Source of the DNA: Candidatus Omnitrophota bacterium
Lineage (GTDB): Bacteria; Omnitrophota; Gorgyraeia; 2-02-FULL-51-18
Assembly (NCBI GenBank): GCA_945877765.1
Contig: CAMDWQ010000005.1
Location: forward strand, 604-64,603
Reading direction: 5' to 3'
Length of the DNA: 64,000 nt
Shown: positions 1 through 9,324 of the stretch, piece after piece
Layout: the number at the start of each line of letters is the position of its first letter
How positions within the stretch are numbered: the first letter of the stretch is position 1
Position numbers and translations under genes: made by a program
Notes under the pieces: generated by a model
The model's input: the letters and a program-made list of their open reading frames with translations, nothing else
Told to the model about the DNA's origin: nothing
Databases searched by the model: none

Positions 1-557
1 TCGATCTTATCCAGCCCCATCACAAAGCCGTCCTTACGGACATCAAAATCGGCAAACTGAAAGTGGCAGTTTTTGAGCTGGAAATGATCGATTTGAAGCG
101 TCAGCGGGAGAGCTTTTTTTCCCGCGGTTGATTTCTCAGTAACTTCCCCCGAGGAAACTGCCGCCTCTGAAGGGGTTGCACCGGAAAGCGCATGATACAA
201 TTTGCCGTGAAATTTTCGCAAGACAATCACCGCGTCTTCCACCTGAAGGTCAGTGAGAATCAGCGCTTTTTTGGACAAAACCATCGGGGAAACATTCAAT
301 ACCACCCGATCCACGTAAAAAGAAGTCTCGCCCACGAAGGGCTGTTCTTTTTCGCGAATCTCAAAGCCGGTCAATTCAAACGTGCTCGGAAAGTGATAAT
401 CAATGCTCTGAATCAGCACTTTTTTATTAAGAGCCTCCTCGATCGCGCTCCGCAAAAAATCAGGCGCTTTGCGCTGAATCAGATTGGCTGCCGACACAAC
501 CGCCACGGCGAGGACCACCAACAACACAATCAGAACAATAAAAAATTTTTTCATCAT
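1..557 (-). CDS. AsmA/DUF748-like membrane-anchored protein (3' end outside window)
   Basis: Manual translation from ATG 557: MMKKFFIVLIVLLVVLAVAVVSAANLIQRK...; open to window edge; N-terminal anchor followed by beta-rich AsmA-like sequence. Confidence 0.6.
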   Translation of the reverse strand, partial: MMKKFFIVLIVLLVVLAVAVVSAANLIQRKAPDFLRSAIEEALNKKVLIQSIDYHFPSTFELTGFEIREKEQPFVGETSFYVDRVVLNVSPMVLSKKALILTDLQVEDAVIVLRKFHGKLYHALSGATPSEAAVSSGEVTEKSTAGKKALPLTLQIDHFQLKNCHFQFADFDVRKDGFVMGLDKI

Positions 558-595
558 TTCATCTTTCTCCCACTCCCTAATCGGATTCTAAAAAA

Positions 596-1450
596 TTACC
601 AGCGCCCTTTGACCCCAGCCTCTAGCCTCGATTCTTCCAGAGACTTTTGAAGGCGGATAAACCATTGGCCGTCACCGCTTAAAATATCCCGTGTCAGTAT
701 CAGTTCCACTCCGAGCGGACTTCCTTGTTCTGATTTCAAATTGACCGCAATCTCGCGCGAACTTCCCAAACGATACTGTCCGCCAAAAAGGATGCTTTTC
801 TTTCTGGACCCAGACTTCATTTCAAACTCAAGACTCAAATCGCGCGACACTTTCCATTTTCCAAAAAAAGCAATGGACTGTAGGCGCCTTTTTCCCAAAA
901 CTTCCGTGCCAATTTGATAACGAATCTCACCTTTCTTGGCGTAAATACTTTTGGTCTGAAAGGACCCTCGAAATCGAAGTGTCGAATCCGTATCCCCTCC
1001 CAGAGCATAAACGAGACGATTCTTTTCGGAAATTTCCCAAGTGCCCCCAAATTGCAACTCCTGCAAAGATTTAGTTTTGGTCTTAAGGTTGGTCTGCTCG
1101 TAAGTATAAACAAGCTCGTGGTTCTCATTGACGCGCCAGCCGGACTTAAAAGTCAGGAGGTCCTTACTGCCTGACTTTTTAGCCACTTCGAAAGCAATCT
1201 GATTCTTGAGGTTGACCCGCCACAATCCAGAAAGCCGGACCAGACTTGTAATTATTTTTTGATCGGATTGGCGTTCACTGACAGAGAGAACAAGCGCATC
1301 AGGCTCGGCTGCCACCAGAGAGCCTTTGACGAGAATCTCTTCATCCTTGCCCTCTCTCCTGTATTGGACTTGGTGATCGGGTGTGATTTCCCAGCGGCCT
1401 TTGACAACTTTGCCATTCTCGAGGAGCTCATTGAGTTTGGTTAACTTCAA
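596..1450 (-). CDS. Hypothetical protein with repeated beta-hairpin units (F.G.W motif)
   Basis: 284-aa ORF overlapping the upstream stop; repeated GRWEI/GLWRV/SGWRV/GTWEI/GKWKV units. Confidence 0.6.
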   Translation of the reverse strand: MKLTKLNELLENGKVVKGRWEITPDHQVQYRREGKDEEILVKGSLVAAEPDALVLSVSERQSDQKIITSLVRLSGLWRVNLKNQIAFEVAKKSGSKDLLTFKSGWRVNENHELVYTYEQTNLKTKTKSLQELQFGGTWEISEKNRLVYALGGDTDSTLRFRGSFQTKSIYAKKGEIRYQIGTEVLGKRRLQSIAFFGKWKVSRDLSLEFEMKSGSRKKSILFGGQYRLGSSREIAVNLKSEQGSPLGVELILTRDILSGDGQWFIRLQKSLEESRLEAGVKGRW

Positions 1451-2094
1451 GCGAAGCGCGCCTTTTCGATCCGCGCCAGACTCTCTTCTTTGTGCATCCG
1501 CTCATCCAGCCCAATTTGTCGAAAAAGATCGGCCACATCTTTGAAATCCCCATAATCAGCCTTAAAATCACTGTCAAACGGCATCGTTTCAAATTGAGGA
1601 TTGGCCTTCACAAACTCCATATACTCATGCTCCGCGTGATCCTCAAAATCCGCATTCATGGCGTAACTCCACCGCGGTTTGATCACATACAATAGCCAGC
1701 TGACATGATAATAAAAAAATGCCATGAACTGCGGCACAATCCGGTAGAGAAAAAAATTCTCCCGGATCCCTTTTTTCTGGACCATCTCCTCCAGAATCAG
1801 AAGATGCCACTGCTCGTTGTCCTGCTGGTGACGGCTCTCTTTGATGAACTCAAATATCCTTCGCGCCAGCCCCGGCGCCGCGTACGTGTGCGTCATCGCG
1901 ATATAGGCCACATGCTCCCAGGACTGATACGGCACACGCGCGATCACTTCCAGGACTTTAAACTTTGAGATGCTTCGCTTATGGCCGTAAAATAAATCCA
2001 TCGCCAAAAAAAGAAAAGACGCCAGGAGCCCATAGCGCCTGCGCGGGGTCTCGAGAGTCTTGGCCTGTTCCTTCTTAAGGTCTATGATTTGCAT
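1447..2094 (-). CDS. Alternative oxidase (AOX/PTOX)-like di-iron carboxylate protein
   Basis: LEVIARVPY, NEQWHL, FEDHAEHEY and DERMH di-iron motifs; likely start MQIID at 2094. Confidence 0.75.
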   Translation of the reverse strand: MQIIDLKKEQAKTLETPRRRYGLLASFLFLAMDLFYGHKRSISKFKVLEVIARVPYQSWEHVAYIAMTHTYAAPGLARRIFEFIKESRHQQDNEQWHLLILEEMVQKKGIRENFFLYRIVPQFMAFFYYHVSWLLYVIKPRWSYAMNADFEDHAEHEYMEFVKANPQFETMPFDSDFKADYGDFKDVADLFRQIGLDERMHKEESLARIEKARFA

Positions 2095-2155
2095 GGAAAT
2101 CTTAGAATAGCAAAAACACCCCGCCTTCACAACAGCGGGGCGCTTTGTTCGCTTT

Positions 2156-3100
2156 TTACCAGTTGACTTTGGCTCCGGCCGTCCACAGATAGCTCAGCTT
2201 CTGGTGAACACCACCCGTATTTTGATAGACCGGCAATAAAATATTCCCGAACAGAGAAACATTTTTACTAGCCCCAATCTCTATCGACGGCCCCATGAAT
2301 ACCGATGTCTCGCCGCTATCGTCGTCCTCGACGCCGTTGAGTCGGTCTTTTTGAGCGTTGTGAAATGTCGTGTCCCATCCCACGCGCGTCTGGAAATTCT
2401 CACTTCGCGGATTCAAAATGTAGTCCGCATTCAAGGAGGCAAACAGCAGGTTGCCATGCCGAAATTCCTGCGCCCCCTGGCTTTTTATCACATAAGAGAC
2501 ATTGCCGCTTAATGAGACCGGTCCCGCCATATAGCGGTAAACAATCCCCACCGGATAATCCCATGACCCACTGCCAGGCTGAAGCTCCGGCTCAAAGAGA
2601 GCGCCGTAAGGATCCAACTCCCCGGTATCTCCCGTCGGAAACTTCACCCCGCCGCTAATCCCCAAGAAATCATCATTCTTGACGAGTATCTTGTAGATGC
2701 CGATTAGATTCATATCTCCCAGACCCTCCGAGCTCTGTTTACGGCCGATCGTCGCATGATGTTCAATGTCTAGCGATCCGCGGACCACATAAGGGATATC
2801 GGACAGCAAAGTGATTTTATCCGTGGGATTTACGCCAAACGTAAAATGATAAAACTCCTCATGCGTCTTATCATGAAACTCCCGTCCCGCGTGATGCAAA
2901 TTGTGAGCCTCGCGAGCATCTTTAACATCCCACTGCTGCTGCTCAAACGTAAAATTAAAAAAAACGTTTTGATCCCTTTGTTGAGTGTGGTCCGCACACT
3001 GCGAAAGCATACAACCGCAGGAATCGCAAGCCCAAACAATGCCCGGCAAAAAGCCAGATAGCACAGTAAAAACGATAAACATAAAAAATATTTTTTTCAT
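2156..3100 (-). CDS. Outer-membrane beta-barrel transporter-family protein with N-terminal CxxCxC and His residues
   Basis: Signal peptide, ACDSCGC, GLGD, GVKFPTG, QPGSGSWD motifs, terminal W; GGAG RBS. Confidence 0.65.
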   Translation of the reverse strand: MKKIFFMFIVFTVLSGFLPGIVWACDSCGCMLSQCADHTQQRDQNVFFNFTFEQQQWDVKDAREAHNLHHAGREFHDKTHEEFYHFTFGVNPTDKITLLSDIPYVVRGSLDIEHHATIGRKQSSEGLGDMNLIGIYKILVKNDDFLGISGGVKFPTGDTGELDPYGALFEPELQPGSGSWDYPVGIVYRYMAGPVSLSGNVSYVIKSQGAQEFRHGNLLFASLNADYILNPRSENFQTRVGWDTTFHNAQKDRLNGVEDDDSGETSVFMGPSIEIGASKNVSLFGNILLPVYQNTGGVHQKLSYLWTAGAKVNW

Positions 3101-3131
3101 CAGAATCTCCAAATTTTTTCAAACAATCCTC

Positions 3132-3249
3132 AAGTACCATAGGGGTCAGACCCCTATGGTACTTTTGTAAGTTGTTTATTTTAAATACCTTATAAAAAGT
3201 AAAACCTAATTTTAAGTAGGGTAGTGCCAGAGGGGTCTGACCCCTTTGG
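3132..3249. repeat. REP doublet (family A, GGGGTC[A/T]GACCCC core)
   Basis: Palindromes aagtaccataggggtcagacccctatggtactt (3132-3164) and ccagaggggtctgacccctttgg (3227-3249); same core flanks the RAYT at 47.2-48.0 kb. Confidence 0.85.
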
Positions 3250-3292
3250 GATACGAAAGTCTTTAAAAATAAGACTTTTTTTATTCAGAGAG

Positions 3293-3649
3293 TTAGACTT
3301 TGGGGACGGGGTCTATCGAAAAATAAAATACTTTGGAGGGAAAAATAAGATCGCTTTCAGAGAATTTTGAAATAAGATCAGGGGTGCCCGCAAAAGAAGC
3401 GGCAGAAAAAAAGTCATTCCCTCCGGCAGCAGCGGATTTCTGAGTTTTTTCAACACCAGAAGTGCTGGTGAATGTAACCTTTTGAGAATCGCCGACTGGG
3501 TGAACCTTGGGCGTCATCATCGAGCACATGTGAAACGCACGATTACCGCCGCAAGCCGTCTTTTCCTCTGAGAGTTTAATAAAATTACCCAGTGGAAGTA
3601 TCCACACCGAAAAACAAATTACCGTTGCCAGAGAAAATAGACGTCTCAT
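3293..3649 (-). CDS. Small exported/leader-type protein (Cys/His/Met motif, Pro-rich C-terminus)
   Basis: Hydrophobic N-terminus, ACGGNRAFHMCSMM, ends IDPVPKV; upstream of a transporter. Confidence 0.5.
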   Translation of the reverse strand: MRRLFSLATVICFSVWILPLGNFIKLSEEKTACGGNRAFHMCSMMTPKVHPVGDSQKVTFTSTSGVEKTQKSAAAGGNDFFSAASFAGTPDLISKFSESDLIFPSKVFYFSIDPVPKV

Positions 3650-3683
3650 CGATTTTAATTGTACCTTTTTAGGCCGCCCGAAA

Positions 3684-4946
3684 TCAATGACCCCCGCCAT
3701 GATGCTCCCCGACAGTAAAAGTGCCCTGCAAAAAGATCTGGTTATCCTCCGAACCGTCCGTCAGGTCAAAATGGGATACTTGAGCCCGCCAACGCATAAA
3801 CTCGCTCTGGTAGAACGTAAGATACCCACTGTAGCCCTGGTCAGATTGCTCGGGACTGTCGGCGGGGCGATTCACAATCTGTACTTGATCATAGCGAAAT
3901 CCCGCGGCCCACTTGGAGTGAATACGAAAGTCTAAGAGCGCATACCCTCCCCAGACATTGCCGTCCACATCATTGAGAAATATCGCGCCAGTCGTGTCAT
4001 CCACGGTTTCCAACTGCGACTCACTACGATTCAAATTGAAGACCTCACCCTGAAGCTTAATATTCTGATTGGGGTTCAAGTAATGGATCAGCGTCCCATC
4101 AACACCAAACACATTCACCTCCATCGCCGAATCAGCATCCCGCGACCCGATCGCGTCACTCAATCCGATTTCAAGATTGGTCGTGTCCGAGATATCCAGA
4201 TAATTCTTAAGATGCCCATAAATCGTCGGCCGGCGCTTGGTTTCACCAAAAGCCGTGCCGTCCTCACCGTTGCCGCCCTCCAAGATACCCAACGTCAACT
4301 GATGTTCGACTGGCCATGGCAGACCCAGAGATTTTGTGACATCCGCTCCGGTCTTACTCATTCCCTCGGTACCAAAATACCTCTGGATGACCAGCGGTTC
4401 GTCCACGGTATCCAAGGCGTCATGATGAAAAGCCAATACCTTTCCGATGCTGGGCTTGAACCGCCCTGCTCTGGCTGTTATATCCAGCGGGAGTTCCGAC
4501 CCGGTAAAATAAGCCTCCTCCAATTCAACAGCCCCCTCATCCGTAAAAGCGATCGTGGAGTCAAAATGCGAATGCGGCCCGACACTGCCCCCCAGTATCA
4601 ACTCCACCTCCCGCACGCTTACCCGATCCGATCCACCCCCATCCGTCTTGGGGCTGTCCGATCTAAAAACAACATCTCCGACAACGCCAATCTCCGGCAC
4701 GAACTGCGCGCCCGATCTTTGTGACGTCGTGATATCTTCATCTGGTGCGAAAGGCGGCTGGGCTGGGAAATCCTTCCGTAACTCGGCAATCTCCAACTGC
4801 TGTTTTTCCACCGTCTGCTTCAAGTCCCGGACCATCTGCGACAATTCACTGATCTGGGACTGCATCGCGCCCAGATCCGGTTGGGCCCACGCCTGCCCTG
4901 AAAAAAAGAATCCTATAATTAAAATAAAAACTAGAGTTGAACGCAT
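3684..4946 (-). CDS. Metal-uptake-associated outer-membrane porin/receptor-like protein
   Basis: RBS GGAGG before ATG 4946 (MRSTLVF); coiled coil then REVEL, LEEAY, RAGRF, HHD motifs; C-terminal GEHHGGGH. Confidence 0.7.
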   Translation of the reverse strand: MRSTLVFILIIGFFFSGQAWAQPDLGAMQSQISELSQMVRDLKQTVEKQQLEIAELRKDFPAQPPFAPDEDITTSQRSGAQFVPEIGVVGDVVFRSDSPKTDGGGSDRVSVREVELILGGSVGPHSHFDSTIAFTDEGAVELEEAYFTGSELPLDITARAGRFKPSIGKVLAFHHDALDTVDEPLVIQRYFGTEGMSKTGADVTKSLGLPWPVEHQLTLGILEGGNGEDGTAFGETKRRPTIYGHLKNYLDISDTTNLEIGLSDAIGSRDADSAMEVNVFGVDGTLIHYLNPNQNIKLQGEVFNLNRSESQLETVDDTTGAIFLNDVDGNVWGGYALLDFRIHSKWAAGFRYDQVQIVNRPADSPEQSDQGYSGYLTFYQSEFMRWRAQVSHFDLTDGSEDNQIFLQGTFTVGEHHGGGH

Positions 4947-5013
4947 ATCTCCTCCTGATCTGAAATTAAGAAAAACACCCGTCACGCCGGTGACCGATGG
5001 TTCAATCGTCAGA

Positions 5014-5301
5014 TTAGAGAGCGGGCGGCCCGCGGAGGAGTATCCTGTAGGATGAAATAAATTCAAGCAGGGATGCCTGAAAATAAAAGAATCTTTTTGA
5101 AAATAAATAAATAGAAAAAAACGCGAAAACCACCGCCGTCGCGGCAAAACCAGTCAGGCTGACTTGGTAGACGGGGCAGGTCGAGTGCTTCGAATGATCA
5201 AAGTCCTTGCCATGCGTGTGAGGCAGTACGGACAAGGCCGCCAACCCGCCGGTAAACACCAGCGCCGCAATCAAAATCAGGGCAAAAAGTTTTTTCTTCA
5301 T
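5014..5301 (-). CDS. DUF2946-like leader protein with RGPP motif
   Basis: Signal-like N-terminus, HTH...HSTCPVY, C-terminal LLRGPPAL directly upstream of the receptor gene. Confidence 0.65.
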   Translation of the reverse strand: MKKKLFALILIAALVFTGGLAALSVLPHTHGKDFDHSKHSTCPVYQVSLTGFAATAVVFAFFSIYLFSKRFFYFQASLLEFISSYRILLRGPPAL

Positions 5302-5343
5302 TGAAAATTGATTGTAAACCTACGGAGGAAAAAAATAAAGGAA

Positions 5344-5698
5344 TTAGTGCGCGCCCAAATTCATCGCGGCAAATTCCCAGTTGATCAATTTTCCAAGGGC
5401 CGCCTTTAAATATTCATTTCGCCGATTCTGATAGTCTAAATAGTACGCGTGCTCCCACACATCCAGAGCCAAGAGAGCTTTCCCCTTTGTTGATGTACTC
5501 CGCCGTATTGATCAGCTCTTCAAGATCCATCTCTTCGTACCCAGTCCCCAAGACCAGCTCATTGAGTCGATCCACATAGCCCTGATGATGCTTGCCGTAG
5601 TGATAGCTGACAGTATTAGCAGAAATAATGGGAGCCAGCGCGTTCTGCGCGTAAGGAAGTGCTGTTAAAGTGAAAGGGACTGCTTTATGTTTGGGCAT
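5344..5698 (-). pseudogene. Fe/Mn superoxide dismutase, internally deleted and frameshifted
   Basis: N-terminal LPYAQNALAP...HYGKHHQGYV in the ORF frame; C-terminal [16 protein letters not shown]...INWEF* in another frame ending at 5344; middle missing. Confidence 0.85.
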
Positions 5699-5706
5699 GG
5701 AGTCCT

Positions 5707-6492
5707 TTAAATCGATTTAAGAAACGTGAATAGATGCTCGTTAAAAATAGCGGGATTCTCAAGATTGGATAGGTGAGCGGCTTCCGGAATGATGTGGAAA
5801 ACGGCATGCGGTATTTTTTTAGCCATGGCCTCCGAGACAGAAGGCGGAGTCAATTTATCTTCTTCCCCTACCAAGATCAAGGTAGGCACGGTGATACCGG
5901 CAAGAGCGGCTGTGGTGTCTGTTCGCGCCGCCATGGCCAGAAGCGCCCCCGAAATCCCAATCGGCGGATTGGCTTCAATCATTTTGCGCACAGAGGCGGC
6001 CAGATTTGGTTTTGTCAGCAGCGTTTTCTCAGTCAAAACATTTTTGACAAAGCCCTCGGCAAAAGACTTTACCCCATCTTTTTTTACAGCCCGAATAGAC
6101 GTCGCGCGCTTAATTTTTACCTCATCGCTGTCGGCTTCGCTTTTGGTATCGCAAAGAATCAACCCTTTCAAACGGTCAGCATGGCGCTGCGCGGCGCGTA
6201 AAGCGATGTAACCTCCCATGGAAAGCCCGCAAAGAACCGCGGATTCAATTTTCAAATGATCCATCCCAGCAATGAGATCATCGACAAAAAACTCAAGCGA
6301 ATACTGCCCATACCCCACATCGCTTTGGCCGTGGCCGCGGACATCATAAGAAATCACACGGTAAGTACCGGACAACGCCTCGATTTGCGGCGCCCACATC
6401 GAGCGGTTAAAAGGAAAACCATGGATAAAAATGACAGCGGTGCCTTGACGCAACCCGCTGTCATCCCAAGCAATCCCGTCTATTTTTTCCAT
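5707..6492 (-). CDS. Alpha/beta hydrolase (3-oxoadipate enol-lactonase-like)
   Basis: HGFP, GLSMGG nucleophile elbow, GEED, AAHLSNLE. Confidence 0.9.
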   Translation of the reverse strand: MEKIDGIAWDDSGLRQGTAVIFIHGFPFNRSMWAPQIEALSGTYRVISYDVRGHGQSDVGYGQYSLEFFVDDLIAGMDHLKIESAVLCGLSMGGYIALRAAQRHADRLKGLILCDTKSEADSDEVKIKRATSIRAVKKDGVKSFAEGFVKNVLTEKTLLTKPNLAASVRKMIEANPPIGISGALLAMAARTDTTAALAGITVPTLILVGEEDKLTPPSVSEAMAKKIPHAVFHIIPEAAHLSNLENPAIFNEHLFTFLKSI

Positions 6493-6618
6493 GGCGTTTC
6501 CCCGTTCAATTACAAATTAATTTTACCTGTTTGTCCAGCGATTACTTACTTACTTACGTAATTTGTTAAACTTGGTGCCTTCCAGCGTCAACTAGATTTT
6601 GTATCGGGGGAAATGGCT

Positions 6619-6650
6619 AAAAAAAACCCGACCGGGAGTTCCGGCCGGGC
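6619..6650 (-). terminator. Probable intrinsic terminator
   Basis: Hairpin cccgaccgg/ccggccggg preceded by an A-tract (U-tract on minus strand), downstream of the Spy-like gene. Confidence 0.55.
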
Positions 6651-6683
6651 TCTGCTTTCTTGAGGAAGAAAGACGCTTGGGCT

Positions 6684-7013
6684 TTAAGAGTGGTGCTCTT
6701 TATGCTCGCCGCGTTTTTCCTTGTATTCTTCTTTCATCGCTTTATACTTTTCATTCTGTTCAGGCGTCAATACGGCTGCCATCTGACCTTGTGTTTCTGT
6801 CTTGAGCGCCTCCATCTTCGCTTTTTTCGCATCCATGATGGTCTGGATCTGCGCGGCCTGCGCATCATTCAAAGCCAACTTTTCCTTCAAACGATCCGCT
6901 TTTTTCTCACTGGACCCTGCTTTGCCGCCCATGCTACAACATTTTCCTTCAGCAAACACCGGCACCGACACCAACAACGCAAACGCAATCACCAACGACG
7001 TTACTTTTAACAT
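6684..7013 (-). CDS. Spy/CpxP-like periplasmic protein
   Basis: Signal peptide, LNDAQ and VLTPEQ (LTxxQ) motifs, helical K/E-rich. Confidence 0.7.
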   Translation of the reverse strand: MLKVTSLVIAFALLVSVPVFAEGKCCSMGGKAGSSEKKADRLKEKLALNDAQAAQIQTIMDAKKAKMEALKTETQGQMAAVLTPEQNEKYKAMKEEYKEKRGEHKEHHS

Positions 7014-7040
7014 GACACTCTCCTTTGGTTGTTTCTAAGA

Positions 7041-7062
7041 ATGGTGAGCGAAGTCGAACCAT
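7041..7062. repeat. Short palindromic REP-like element (TGAGCnnnGTCGAA core)
   Basis: atggtgagcgaagtcgaaccat; same core as the hairpin in the giant-gene linker at 20566-20585. Confidence 0.55.
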
Positions 7063-7100
7063 CCTATGGTTGGGATGACCCCCTCCCTCTTCACACCATT

Positions 7101-7129
7101 TAGACGCCATGGGTAAGGAAAAGTGTCAC
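7101..7129 (-). promoter_or_regulatory. Putative ECF-sigma promoter for the Spy-like gene
   Basis: Minus strand GTGACA-N17-CGTCTA resembles ECF -35/-10 elements. Confidence 0.35.
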
Positions 7130-7228
7130 CCTAAATGCTTTATTATTGTAGTCTATGCCGTATTTCCTCCCACCATTTTAACCCGCAAGACTCCCCCTCC
7201 CTGTCATCCCCGCAAGACTCCTCCCCTC

Positions 7229-7257
7229 GTCATCCCCGAAATCATTAATCGGGGATC
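7229..7257. repeat. REP-like palindrome (family B, GTCATYCCCG...CGGGRATC)
   Basis: gtcatccccgaaatcattaatcggggatc; nine loci in window. Confidence 0.8.
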
Positions 7258-7329
7258 AAACATTTTACTTAACACCCGATGGGAATACGGAGGCTTGGAC
7301 TTTTTGCCGGCTTTGAATACGGGCTGTAC

Positions 7330-7953
7330 TTAAACATCGGGATTTTGATTTAATTCATACAGCGCAAACCGCGCCTTATTTAATTGAATCTGCTCCCCCG
7401 CCGAAATCGGCCAGAAACGCGCAATGGTATCCGATTTAAAAAAGCGATTCTCCGCGACTTGAAGCTCGCCCATTTTAGAAATCACCACACGGATCAAGAC
7501 TTCGCCTTGGGCCATTTTTTGAGGAGGGATGGAAGCGGTTGCCAGATAGCCTCTCTGTCGGTACGCCGCCTCAATGCGATTGGCGCATTCTCTGAGCTCG
7601 GTAAAATTAATCTTTTTTCCTTCGTACGCCGCCGTGATCTTGCCGAGCTCGGCCACGGATAAAATGGGACACTTCTCACAATCAATATTAATTTTTTTGA
7701 CTAAAAAATAAACCGTTTCATCCGTTTTTGGCTGGGGCGGTTTCTCGGTAGTAATGGAAGTAAGCCCCTGGTCCGCCGGCTTCATCTTCTCTTCAAAATT
7801 TTTACGCACTCCAGCCGCCAACGTATCCGCTTCGGACCCCGACGGAGGCAAATCAGCAGAATTGCTCGCCGCCAACGCCGACGCCGCAAAGGATGAAATA
7901 AACAGATAAGCGAGAAAAACGACAAACGATCGAGGTTTTGTGTTCATAAGCAA
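7330..7953 (-). pseudogene. Truncated ShlB/FhaC-type (TpsB) transporter, POTRA region only
   Basis: Signal peptide and POTRA motif YRQRGYLATASIPPQ...G; stops at 207 aa with no beta-barrel. Confidence 0.6.
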
Positions 7954-7997
7954 TTTATTGTTACCACTCTTCCAAATTTAATAAATAAAAAAACTTA

Positions 7998-8046
7998 TGT
8001 CCCTGGAGTGGCTCGAACACTCGACCTACGGTTTAGAAAACCGTTG
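7998..8046 (-). other. 3'-half duplicate of tRNA-Arg (att-like scar)
   Basis: Minus strand caacggttttctaaaccgtaggtcgagtgttcgagccactccagggaca: same anticodon arm as the neighbouring tRNA, plus T arm and acceptor 3' strand. Confidence 0.7.
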
Positions 8047-8127
8047 TGACAAGGCGGCTATCAATGCCGCCGCGAAATGTCGACAAGCAGAGGCTTGGCG
8101 ACCTCTATCGCGCACTGAACACAAACT

Positions 8128-8204
8128 TGGTGCCCCCGGCGTGATTCGAACACGCGGCCAACGGTTTAGAAAACCGTTGCTCTATCCAACTGAGCTACGG
8201 GGAC
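8128..8204 (-). tRNA. tRNA-Arg (TCT)
   Basis: gtccccgtagctcagttggatagagcaacggttttctaaaccg...ttcgaatc...gggggcacca; encoded CCA. Confidence 0.95.
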
Positions 8205-8287
8205 ATTAAAAAAGTATTATACCAACTTATCTAAATTTGTAGAAAAAAACTAGTGAAAGATGCCCGTCCCTGTTAGAATTCCCTGCA

Positions 8288-8362
8288 CGGGGCGTAGCTC
8301 AGCTTGGCTAGAGCGCTTGCTTTGGGAGCAAGAAGTCGCAGGTTCAAATCCTGTCGCCCCGA
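8288..8362 (+). tRNA. tRNA-Pro (TGG)
   Basis: cggggcgtagctcagcttggctagagcgcttgctttgggagcaagaagtcgcaggttcaaatcctgtcgccccga. Confidence 0.95.
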
Positions 8363-8367
8363 TTTTT

Positions 8368-9324
8368 TTACTTAGATCTCTTTTTGACGAGGACTTTTTC
8401 CGCGGCTTTAACAAGGTTTTTGGACGTGAAACCATATTTCTCAAGAAGCTTTTCCGGCGGGCCAGACTCCGCGTAAGTGTCATTCATCCCGATAAACTCC
8501 ATCGGGACCGGACACTCCTGGGAAAGTGTCTGAGAAACAATGCTCCCCAAGCCTCCCCAGATAAGATGCTCTTCGGCCACCAGCACCGCACCGGTTTTCT
8601 TGGCCTGGCTGATCAAAAGTTCTTTATCGATAGGTTTGAGGGTGTGAATATCAATCACTGAAACCTCAATTCCTTTTGCTTTTAGCACTTCCGCCGCTTC
8701 CAGCGCCTCAAACACCAAGAGTCCCGTCGCTACGATGGTCAAATCCTTGCCTTCGCGTAGAAGGATTCCCTTGCCAATCTTAAATTCTGATTTTTCGTTA
8801 TAAATTACCGGTGCCTTGGGACGCCCGGTGCGCATATAAACCGGACCTTTGTAAGCAACAAGCTGCTTTACCAGCGAGCGTGTTTGAAATTCATCTGAGG
8901 GTGAGAGCACCACAAACCCCACCAGAGTTGCCGCCAAAGCCAAATCTTCCACCGACTGCTGAGAAGCACCGTCTTCGCCCACGCTGATTCCACTGTGCGA
9001 GGTGACAACTTTGACATTCACGCCCGGAAAAGCCACACCCACACGAAGCTGTTCATACCCTTTACACATCAAAAAGCAGGCAAAGGAACTAATGACTGGG
9101 ATTTTTCCGCAAATGGCAAGGCCTGTAGCCACACCCACCAAATTAGCTTCGGCGATTCCCACATCCACAAAGCGCTCCGGGAAAGCCTTGGCAAAAAAAT
9201 CCGTCTTGGTCGATTTCGACAGATCCGCATCCAGGACAATCAAATCCGGATTGGTCTGCCCGATCTCCACCAGCGTCTTGCCATACGCGTCACGTGTGGC
9301 CATTCCCATTGTTCGCACGAGCAT
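8368..9324 (-). CDS. Transketolase, C-terminal subunit
   Basis: DADLSKST, GIAEAN, GEDGAS, EEH motifs. Confidence 0.93.
   Translation of the reverse strand: MLVRTMGMATRDAYGKTLVEIGQTNPDLIVLDADLSKSTKTDFFAKAFPERFVDVGIAEANLVGVATGLAICGKIPVISSFACFLMCKGYEQLRVGVAFPGVNVKVVTSHSGISVGEDGASQQSVEDLALAATLVGFVVLSPSDEFQTRSLVKQLVAYKGPVYMRTGRPKAPVIYNEKSEFKIGKGILLREGKDLTIVATGLLVFEALEAAEVLKAKGIEVSVIDIHTLKPIDKELLISQAKKTGAVLVAEEHLIWGGLGSIVSQTLSQECPVPMEFIGMNDTYAESGPPEKLLEKYGFTSKNLVKAAEKVLVKKRSK

Noticed and set aside
192-650. 152-aa plus-strand ORF
   Set aside because: Antisense shadow of the minus-strand AsmA-like gene.
4947-5147. Long N-terminal extension of the 487-aa receptor ORF
   Set aside because: Overlaps the leader ORF; RBS and signal peptide support the start at 4946.
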